Assembly: GCA_010909165.1 (NCBI GenBank) | Contig: MU008190.1 | Span: 469,166 to 533,165, forward strand | Direction of reading: 5' to 3' | From: Anthoceros angustus | Lineage: Eukaryota; Plantae; Anthocerotophyta | DNA length: 64,000 bases | Shown: in pieces, positions 49,375 to 59,142 of the stretch | How the letters are laid out: every line of letters begins with the position of its first letter | Numbering within the stretch: position 1 is the first letter of the stretch | Notes under the pieces: model-generated | The model's database searches: none | Seen by the model: only the letters and a program-made list of their open reading frames with translations | Told to the model about the DNA's origin: nothing | Position numbers and translations under genes: made by a program

Positions 49375-49556
49375 TGTTAGGAATGAAACCCTAACATAGT
49401 TTATACCTTAGTTTCTATACTAGAGGTTAGATACGTAACTCAAGAGACACATCAATTTTGTATTTAAGATATTCTCTGTTCATTAATACATACTCTCTTG
49501 TGTGTTATGCTTTCTAGCCTAAGTGTCTTAGCTGAATGCATGATATAAGGTAAACA
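49375..49556 (+). repeat. 3' LTR of copia C
   Basis: 180/182 identical to the 5' LTR by eye. Confidence 0.96.
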
Positions 49557-49606
49557 GCTGTAAGTTCTTGCCTAGGGTTGAGCCTGTTTGTGACCTAAAC
49601 ACCCAG

Positions 49607-50490
49607 GTCATGACATGGCGACCTCGGGAAGGCGGCATAGTGCTCGTGGAACTCTTTGGAGGCATCAGTACCGGCTTGGAAGCAGTGCTAAAGTGTGGCA
49701 TCAAAGTGCGAAGATACATGCATTGTGACCCGGATCCAAAAGCAAGGATTGTGTCACAGAAACGCGTAAGAGACTTGATGGGGGAGTACCCTAAGCTCCT
49801 GACGTGGGAGTTAGTGAAGGGTTACCAGAAGGCGCTGCCGATGGATGTTCACATGATATGGTTGTCCCATTTGAGTTGTCTTGGGCAACCGTGGACCTTG
49901 TCATCGCAGTTGGGAGTGTCAAGGACTATCCTCTGCGAGGCAAGGGTCGGTCTCAAGGATCCACGAACATTGTTCTATGACGATGAGGATCTTGCGCTTG
50001 ATCCAAAAGGGCAAGAAAGGCCTTGTGGATACATGTTGGAGAATGTGCCAAGATGCATGAGCGTGAAGAAGCAAGTCCGGAGGATTTTGCCACGATCCGA
50101 GTGTTGGGTCGGGAGCTTCTATTGGATGCGCTCAATTTGGTTCGAGGGCTCATAGGTTGAGGTCCATGTGGACTAACCTCGCTCCCTTGGAACATTTGAA
50201 GTGTGCGAGGTCATTCACCAAGCGACCTAATCATGTTGTCAAGGATGTGCTAGCATCGGGAAGGCATGCCTAACAAGTCATCAAGACCCGACAAGTCACG
50301 CACTGTGAACACGCCTGGACACCCCATGGTTCCTGAAGGCGTAAGACTTGGACTTGGACACAAAGGTTGGCCTCCAGAGAGGGAGTTGGCCATGGGATTT
50401 GCTGCCGGAGCCACGAAGACACCGGGAGTGATCGAGAAGGAACGGTGTCTATTACTTGGGCAAGCATTGACATGAACATGATGACCTGGT
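49607..50490 (+). pseudogene. C5 cytosine methyltransferase domain of gypsy 2 (motifs I-X)
   Basis: VLVELFGGISTGLEAV (I); VDLVIA(G)WECQGLS (IV, 49891-49931); YMLENV (VI, 50030-50047); QFGSRAHRLRSMWTNL (VIII); ERELAMGFAAGAT..ERCLLLGQA (IX-X). Confidence 0.92.
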
Positions 50491-50828
50491 TGTTTAGCGG
50501 TGGAGTCGCACCAACCAAAACCAAGAAGGCGGGGTTGAAGCGGATTCGGTGGGTGAAGGACATTCCGACTCGCATCTCAACAGGAGAAGGCGAGTTGGGA
50601 GGGCCAGGAGAGTGAGCACGTAGAGGAAGCGTGCAAGCCATCTAAGCCACAGCCACACGAGTGGTTAACAGGCGTCGAGTTGAAGAGAAATCAACGGCGT
50701 CAGCTAAAGAAGTTGTTGGAGGCATCGCGACATGTGTTTGCTTTCACGCTTGCGGAGATTAGGTCTTCTTTTGGGCTCGGATGCATGGGCTGTGGGTTCG
50801 CAAATCACTAAAAACAGTGAAATGAGAC

Positions 50829-51290
50829 ATGTGCATTTCTGGATGGTTGGGGCCAAAATGGGGTTCGGAGACAAACCCCTATGCTGAGAAACGCTGTTAT
50901 GCACCAGATCCTCACTTTGTCATTCATTGGTACATGACTGAGCACACAAATGCGTATGAAGGAAGATATGTTGAAGAATTTATAATCCGATATGAAGGGA
51001 ACCAGGCTGTGACCAAACCGGGGAAAAAAGGAGGGAAAGCTAATTTGCCCAAAAACGTACAGAAGGTTTTTGTGAACAAAACGGTGATCTTATATTATGG
51101 TTTCAACTTGAATGCTCGCAAACATTTATATGCTAAGGATAAGAAGGCGATAAAACAAAAATTCAATGAATTACGCGGCTTCATACAACCCGCTAGCCAA
51201 AGTGGCGCGAAAGATAGTGAAGATAGCGGTGTTGATGCCGAACCCTGCGACGATGATGGCGCAAATTCAGATGACGACTGGAGTACATGA
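50829..51290 (+). CDS. uncharacterised ORF (C-terminal fragment or last exon), possibly from a DNA transposon
   Basis: 153-aa stop-free frame with a protein-like pattern (FVIHWY, VILYYGFNL, acidic tail). Family not recognised. Confidence 0.4.
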   Translation: MCISGWLGPKWGSETNPYAEKRCYAPDPHFVIHWYMTEHTNAYEGRYVEEFIIRYEGNQAVTKPGKKGGKANLPKNVQKVFVNKTVILYYGFNLNARKHLYAKDKKAIKQKFNELRGFIQPASQSGAKDSEDSGVDAEPCDDDGANSDDDWST

Positions 51291-52164
51291 ACATGTGTGC
51301 ACGGGTCTTTTGTCTGATTTAGACGTGAGTTTTCTTCCCTTCATCTCCATAAGTTTCAATAGATTCTGCAAATACTGTTATTGTCTGTGCATGGCTATTT
51401 TTCCCAGCCCGTACTTAGCCAGAAAACCGGTGTATTCTGCCAAGTTTAGCCATTACTATTCAGTTACAAAGAGCAATGTGGAAACCGGCCTTCGGCCGCA
51501 GACCTTGAATTCCATACGGGGCGATATCGACGGAAGATGGTGTTTATCTGCAACATGCATTGCAGACGAAGCGTTAACCAAACCCCAATATTGTTTGAAT
51601 TTCTAAGGGCCAGTCCTAAGTGACTTGTCTTAGTGCATGACTTCTCTGATTGTTACGGTTCACCCCAACACGTGGGGAACACTATTTTACACGTGTACAA
51701 TGAGGCGACAACTCACCACCAATGGGTGTCCATGGACGAGGAGTGAAGAGGCGTCGGCCGCCGCATTAAACACCAAAGATGAGAATTGTGTTTTCCGAAT
51801 ACAAGGGGCCCACATTGACCATGGACCATTGTACTTATGGCGTAGCGGTTCACTTGATAAAAAGGCCCCACGCACCATGTTTTTCGCGTTGAGTTGCGGT
51901 CCGATCGGTCTTTATCATCACCGGCACAAACGGACGTCGCACACGGGTCCGAAATGGATCCACATGGATGTATGAGGGGTCATCAATACCCTTTGCCTCC
52001 TTGATCCATACACGAAATTTGTGTCTATGGCAGATGGACACCCTATTTTTTTAGGCTTTTTTGGACCACGATAATGAAAACCCTAAATGCAGACCCATTG
52101 GAAATCCTCATTGCCGATTAAATGGCAGAAAACCCCCATGGTGCATATTAACCTCCTTACAGGA

Positions 52165-55100
52165 TTACCATGTTCACGGTAGGAGAGAAAGGAAGTCATG
52201 GTTTGGAAGCTCCCAAGCGGGAGATAAGAAGGCAACTGGCCTCGTTAGGCGGGCGAGCGGATGGAGTCACAGTGGGAGGGGTTGCCCCACCAAGTGATGA
52301 GCGGGGAGCTCGTCATAAGGAGGTAAGGGATGTAAGATCCCATGAGAAAGGCAAAGGCCTTGAGTCTCCCGGGAGTAAGGGAGGAGACTTGGATATGTTG
52401 GAGGAGATGCTGCGCATAGGGGAAATGCTCAGCAAGGTAGATATGGAAGCGGCCAAGAGGAGGGTCGAATTCTTGAAGGCGGAAGCGGAGAAGACAAGAA
52501 CCTATCAAGCAAGAGAAGTTGCGGGTAGGCGAGCGGAAACCCAACTGCAGGAGGATACCATGAGGATGGAAGCTCAAGTGGAACACTTGGAAAAGAATCT
52601 TGAAGCAAGACAACGAGAGGTGGACAACTATATTAGAGAGAACAAGGCTCTTACCAAGCAACTGGAAGCCCGGGAAGAAAAGGTGAAACAACTTGCCCAC
52701 ATGGTGCATACATAGGAGAAGAGGGCAGAAGACAATCATGTGCTGCTGATGGAGGAGAGGAAGAAACAAGACAAGTCCCAGAAGCAAATGAGGGCAGCTC
52801 AAAGGCAAGTGGAAGCACATGAGCAAGTCATGGCCACACAAGCTATGAAAATCCTTGACTTGGAAAGGGAGTTGGGGGAAATCCACTAGAGGTTGGAACT
52901 AAAGGACAAAGAGCTGGAAGAACGAGAATGGAGATGGAGCGAGAAGTCCAGCAGCAGGAGAATGCACAACTCCCTAGGAGGATAGCGGAGTTGGAGAAGG
53001 AGATAACAGAGGAGGAAGACCGTCATGAGGCGGTTGTGCAGCACATGTTGGTGGTGAGGGAGCAGAGATTTCGGGTTGATTATGCCCTACATGAGAAGTT
53101 GATCCACCGGCTGCAGACGGAAAGAGTGGAGAATGTGGCTCTCCACGTCAGGATAGGTGAGTTGACCCTGGAGCGAGACGCTTTCAAAAGTAAGTGTGAG
53201 CGTGGAGTATGGCTTGAGGATTATGAAGAATTGGAGATGGCACAACAATGATTTGCAGCCCATCTTCACAACAAGGTACTCAAGGCAACTAATGAATTGT
53301 TGCAACTTCTTGAGAGAAGGATGTTGGGTCCTCATGATGATGATAGGGATGCCCTTATGCAAGTCCAAACAAAAGCCTTAGACTTGGAGAATGCCCCAAG
53401 CAACATGGGTGAAGGAACTTCGCAACAGGAAGGAGCGAGTGAAGCGGGAGAGGCTTCACAGGAGGAAAGAACCACCTCATGAAGGGGTGGTGAAGAAGAA
53501 ACGGCCCCGGTAGGAACTCCTACCGTGGTAGGAGGAGCTCCTACCGTGGTAGGAGGAGCTCCTACCCTGGTAGGAGGAGCTCCTACCACAGAGGAGGAGC
53601 TCCTACCAGGAGGAGCTCCACTGTAGGAGGAGCTCCTACCGTGGAGGAGCTCCTACCAGAGGAGCTCCTACTGGTAGGAGGAGCTCCACAGTAGAGGAGC
53701 TCCTACAGTAGGAGGACCAGGAGGACAAAGAAATTCCGCTAGCATGGATGTGACATGAGGAGGCGAGATTTCGGGATTATGCCCTACATGAGAAGTTGAT
53801 CCACCGTGCAGACGGAAGAGTGGAGAATGTGGCTCTCCACGTCGGGATAGGTGAGTTGACCACAGGCAGGCAGCTTTCAAAAGTAAGTGTGAGCGTGGAG
53901 TATGGCTTGAGGATTATGAAGAATTGGAGATGGCACAACAATGATTTGCAGCCCATCTTCACAACAAGGTACTCAAGGCAACTAATGAATTGTTGCAACT
54001 TCTTGAGAGAAGGATGTTGGGTCCTCATGATGATGATAGGGATGCCCTTATGCAAGTCCAAACAAAAGCCTTAGACTTGGAGAATGCCCCAAGCAACATG
54101 GGTGAAGGAACCGCATACGGAAGGAGGCGAGTGAAGCGGAGAGGCTTCACGGAGGAAAGAACCACCTCATGAAGGGGTGGTGAAGAAGAAACGGCCCCGG
54201 TAGGAACTCCTACCGTGGTGGGAGCTCCTACCGTGGTGGGAGCTCCTACCGGTGGGAGGAGCTCCTACCGTAGGAGGAGCTCCTACAGTAGGAGCTCCTA
54301 CCGTGGTGGGAGGAGCTCCTACCGTGGTAGGAGCTCCTACCCTGGTAGGAGGAGCTCCTACTGTGGAGGAGCTCCTACAGTAGGAGCTCCTACCGTGGTG
54401 GGAGGCCAGGAAGCAACAAATTCAAAGGCTAGCATGGATGTAACAGTGAGAGGAGAGCACCACAGCCTGGCAGGAAAGGAGAAGGGGGTGGTTGATCTTG
54501 CAGGAATGGACTAAAAATTACAAGGAGAAGGCCAACCTCCTAACATGGGAGCAGGAGCAAGGAGCTCACTTGCTCGACAAGTGAGACGAAGAGGAGCAGC
54601 TGAGGGTGAGCCAGTGACTAAGAGAGCCTGGGCTATTTTATTGGAGGAGGAAGCTCTAGGTAGGCAACAAGATAAGAAGGCAACAAGATTCATGAGGAGT
54701 CCCTAGATTTAGCTTGAAGACATGGGACAAGATGCCACTTGGAGGAGACTTTCGTTAGAGGGAAACAAGCATAAATGCTTGTCAAACCAGTAGTGGTGTG
54801 TTGACTAGCTAGATAGGAACTTTGACAGGAGCCATTAAGGCTCACGTAGGTGAAGTTTACTAGAATAAAATTTTACCAAAGATGCTTCAATGTCAGAACT
54901 TAAAGTCTGACAGTAGGATACACTAAAATAAGGTGTGAGGCGGCGTAAGGAAGGCGCGCCAAGGGGAGGTCATATGTGAGGTCCTCCCTATAAAAGGAGG
55001 GAGCCAGAAGTAAAATTTTCGTGTCTTGCGCTCCCATCCTCCCAAGTCCTTCGCTTTGTGTGCAAGAATTTCGTGCCGCAAGCCAACGCAGGTTTGGTAG

Positions 55101-55176
55101 AGAGGAGAATGCGGCCGGAGTGCCGGAGGCGGAGGCTTGCTCTCGCAGCGCCCGCCACTGCTCCCTTGTGAATGGT
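52165..55176 (+). mobile_element. 3' part of Athila/Tat-like element X: coiled-coil extra ORF, minisatellite, partial LTR 54799-55176
   Basis: Inverted homologue of 55860-57970. LTR starts TGTTGACTAGCTAG at 54799 and is interrupted at 55176. About 53060-53750 is duplicated at about 53760-54440. Confidence 0.85.
53510..53715. repeat. approximately 21-bp palindromic minisatellite (AGGAGGAGCTCCTACCGTGGT)n; second array at about 54200-54405
   Basis: Read directly. The core GTAGGAGCTCCTAC is self-complementary. Confidence 0.92.
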
Positions 55177-56226
55177 TGTGGGAGGAAACCCGGGCACTCC
55201 GAGATTCCTCTAGCGGCCACACTTATCCCACTGTGCTTCAGACGCTGGTTGGCCCCATGAGACTTGGGGAACTGAATCTTGAGAAATCCACTACCGCAGC
55301 CACACACTACCTCAGCCTTCTAAACAAGCAAGGCGCCCTCTCACGCTCCCTCTACAGCAGCTACGCCCGCATCGCTCAGAACTCACCAAACCTCAACCTA
55401 CAACGACACCACACAATTGCAGTTCGTCTTAACAAAGTGTCTATCACGGCGCCAGGGACCCCGACCCACACCGCAACTTCGTCCCTACTCCTAAGACACT
55501 CTTCTCCACAGTGAGCGCCCTCTTACTTGCAGTTGGGATTCGTCCCTTAGGCTCACTGTGGCCTCCGCTTTTCCTACACTCTAATCCTCCTCACAACTCT
55601 CTCAATCAACAACGCCCTCTTCTTCTCTACTCATCTACCCTTCCTTCCTCCACAATCTCCTACTCTAACACCAATTGCTGGCTCATTAATTCCAACTCGC
55701 CCTTACGGCACAATCGTCGTCCGGAAATTAACGAGTTCTTCCTTGGGCGGTTGCTATGTGGTTTGCAGACGGCGAGAACCTCCGAGTCTTTCCTGCGTCT
55801 ACCCTCAAGCCGAGAGTTCCTTGAGCATCGCCACACACTCAAAGCAAAACAATTCACACAACCATTCACAAGGGAGCTAGCGGGCGCTGCAAAGAGCAAG
55901 CCCTCCACCCAAAGACACCGGCGTTCTCCTCTCTACCAGACATGCGTTGGCTTGCGGCCGGCGAAATTCACGCACAAAGTGAAGGACTCGGGAGGATGGG
56001 AGCGCAAGACACGATAATTTTACTTCACAAGCTCCCTCCTTTTATAGGGAGGTCCTCACATACAGCCTCCCACAGCGCCCTCCACTTTGCCTCACTCCTT
56101 ATTTTAGTGTATCCTATTGTCGACTTTAAGTTCGACATCCAAGCATCTTGGGTAAAATTCTATTCTAGCAAATTCACCTATGTGAGCCTTAATGGCTCTC
56201 CAACATTCCTATCTAGCTAGTCAACA
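55177..56226 (-). repeat. 3' LTR of element Y (about 1050 bp)
   Basis: TG..CA bounded, homologous to 38500-39557, and preceded on minus by CAAGAGAGTG. Confidence 0.85.
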
Positions 56227-56696
56227 CACTCTCTTGGTGACAAGCATTAATGCTGTCCTCCTCTAAAGAAAAGTCTTCCCAAGTGGCATCTTGCCCCATG
56301 TCTTCAAGCTAATTTAAGGACTTCTTATGAATCCCTTCCTTATCTTGATGCCTATCTTGAGTTCCTTCCTCCAATAAAATAGCCGGGCTCTCTTAGCCAG
56401 GCTCATCCTCGACTTCTCCTCTTCCTCTCACTTGTGGAGCAAGTGAGCTCCTTGCCCTGCACCCATGTTAGGAGGTTGGTCTTCTCCTTGTGATTCTTGC
56501 TCCATTCTGCAAGATCAACCCCTCTTCCTTCTTTCTGCAAGGGCCAAGGTACTCGCCTCCCTTGCCGTCAAATCCATGCTAGCGACCTTTGAATCCTGCT
56601 TCTTCCGGCCCTCCTACCATGGTAGGACCTTCCCTACCACGGTAGGAACTCCTACCACGGTAGGAGTTCCTACCTTGTTTCTTCTTCCTTACCCCT

Positions 56697-59142
56697 TCAC
56701 AGGTGATTCTCTCCACTGCAGCTTCTCCGCTTCACTTGCTTCTCCACAGTGCGAAGTTTCTTCACCCTGTTGCTTGGGACACTCTCCAAGTCTAAGGCTT
56801 CCGGTTGGACTTGCATGAGGGCCTCCCTATCATCGTCATGAGGTCCCAACATCCTCCTCTCGAAGTCGCAACAACTCGTTAGTGGCCTTGAGCACCTTGT
56901 TGTGAAGATGGGCTGCAAATCGTTGTTGTGCCATCTCCAATTCTTCGTAATCCTCAAGCCATACTCCATGCTCACACTTGCTTTTGTAAGCATCTCGCTC
57001 AAGGCCAGCTCACCGCCTTGACATGGAGAGCCACATTCTCCGTCCTCTCATTCTCAGGCGGATCAATCTCTCTTGTAGGGCATAATCAGCCCGAAATCTC
57101 TCCCTCACCGCCAACATATGCTGCCACCGCCTCATGACGGCCTTTCTCCTTTGCCATTTCTTCCTCCAACTCCCCTATCCTCCTAGGGAGTTGTGCACTC
57201 TCCGTTCTTTGGACTTCTCGTTCCATTTCCAATCTTTGGACAAAATGTGTCCGTTCTTCCAGCTCTTCTTCCTTCAATTCCAGCCTCCGGGATTTCTCCC
57301 AGCTCCTTTTCCATGTCACTAATCTTCACTGTGTGGCTATGACCCGCTCATGTGCGCCTACTTGCCTTTGTCTTGTCCTCATTTGCGAGATTGCTCTCGT
57401 CTTGACCTTTCCTCCATTAGCAGCACTTGCTTGTCTTCCGCCTTCTTTTCCCATGTGCACCATGTGAGCAAGTTGCTCCACCTTCTCCTCTCGAGCTGCC
57501 AATTGCTTGGTAAGAGCCTTGTTCTCCGAATATGATTGTTTGCCTCCTGGCCTTGTTTCAAGACTCTTTTCCAAGTGCTCCACTTGAGCTTCCATCCTCA
57601 TAACATCCTCCGCTGGGTCTCCGCCTACCCGCAATTTCCCTTGCTTGGTAGGTCCTTGTCTTCCGCCTCCGTCTTCAAGAATTCAACTCTCCTCTTGGCG
57701 GCTCCTATCTACCTTCTTGAACATCTCCCCTATGCGCAGCATCTCCTCCAACATGTCCAAGTCTCCTTTCTTACCTCCGGGAGACTCAAGGCCTTTGCCT
57801 TGCTCATGGGATCTTACATCCCTTGCTTCCCTATGATGAGCTCCCGCTCATCACTTGGTGGGCAACTCCTCCCACCGTGACTCCATCCGCTCGCCCACCT
57901 AACGGGCCGGTTGCCTTCTTATCTCCTCTTGGGAGCTTCCAAACCGTGACTTCCTTTCCCTCCTACCGTGGTAGGAGGTGCTCCAGTAGGACTACTTCCC
58001 ACCGTGGTAGGACTACCGCCACCGTAGGCCTTGTCATGAGAGGACGAAGGGGTCCCAAACCACGTGGGAACACCTCCCACCCTCGCAGGATTCTGCCATG
58101 GTAGGATCTATCCTACCTTCCATCTCCGCATCCTCCGCGGTCCAAACTTCAAATCCCCCTACAACTTCTCCTTGCAAGTCCTCCTGCACATCCTCTGGCC
58201 TATCTTTCGGAGGGATTCCTTCCAGCAATAATGTCCCAGGTGGTGCTGCGGCACCTCCTTTAGCTGCAAAGCACCAAGCAATCCATGTCCCTCTCCTGGC
58301 TGTAAGTATACAATGTTAAAGGGATGCTTGGAATCATCCAACTCCTTACTTGTGAGTAGCCCCTCTACTTCCCACAAATGCACTAGATAGGTGCTAAGAT
58401 AGCACGGCCGTGGACTACCTTCATCCGACGCGTTGGGTTTCAGCAACTTTTCCCGGTGGTAGATGTATGCTTCATACATGATGAGTCCCCAATCCGGCTT
58501 CGCTCCTTGAGTGATCTTCCATAGAAAATGGAGGAAGGTGGTGCTGAAGTATGACACTCTCGGATTGCTCACCAGGCCCAAAACAATCCTTGTGAACAAT
58601 CTCCACTTGGGCTCCAATATCTGGTCCGTCCGCCAACCGTTCTTGGATTTAGCCTTCATCCGCCCTTGCATAAGTGTGAGGGCTCCCTTGGGAAGATCCG
58701 CCGTTGATGCACGCTTGCCTCCTCGTTCCTTCCATCAACGTGATTCCGCTATCCTCGCTATCCGCTCGCCATATGCGTATGCTCCTTACAATCCAACACC
58801 GTGGATCCGTCCGTGCGTTCTATCCGGTAAGGCGGCCAATTCCTCTTCCGTCTGCTGCAAATTAGCAAAACACTCTCTATCAATTCAAGGTTGGTGTAGA
58901 CCAATGCCCATACACCCACTCTAGCTGAATATTCTCCTCTGCTGCCCAAGGTCGAAAGTCGAAAGGTCTCTAGAGGATAGCTGGCACATAGCACGTAAAT
59001 AAGGGCATGTCAAATTTCCACCTCCTACCGTGGTAGGACATCCTCCGCCTTAGACCTCTTGCCGCTCCTGCGCCACCTCCTTGGTGGACGCTCCTTCCTT
59101 AGCTACTACCTCCTTGCCCTTGGTCATGGTAGGCTTGGTCAT
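56697..59142 (-). pseudogene. extra sense ORF between the integrase and the 3' LTR of element Y
   Basis: Fragments: MTKPTMTKGKEVVAKE; WRTDQILEPKWRLFTRIVLGL..PDWGLIMYEAY; long coiled coil MEAQVEHLEKSLE..; RRMLGPHDDDR. Confidence 0.7.

Larger units (their letters stand above)
42751..49556 (+). mobile_element. Ty1/copia element C, full length
   Basis: 182-bp LTRs at 42751-42932 and 49375-49556 with 2 mismatches. PBS TGGTATCAGAGC at 42933-42944. PPT TTTAGTGGGAG. Flanks TCTGT/GCTGT (4/5 TSD). Confidence 0.96.
40505..50765 (+). mobile_element. Ty3/gypsy element 2 (gag end-PR-DNMT-start of RT), truncated, with nested copia C
   Basis: GVALVNN...INGFAP..VLIDT..PVIVG and DVLLGADAL are homologous to the protease of gypsy 1. 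DNMT lies at 49607-50490. LLEASRHVFAFTLAEI at about 50715-50760 matches MLERNRHAFAFSWEEL before the RT of gypsy 1. Confidence 0.85.

Noticed and set aside
49568-50490. Host DNMT3/DRM/CMT gene
   Set aside because: No introns and no UBA, PWWP, BAH or chromo domains. Motif order is not DRM-permuted. It is flanked by a retroviral protease and pre-RT sequence in the same orientation.
53510-54405. Palindromic repeat arrays as a CRISPR array (also 60330-60570)
   Set aside because: The units are contiguous and degenerate with no unique spacers. There are no cas genes, and the context is a eukaryotic retrotransposon.
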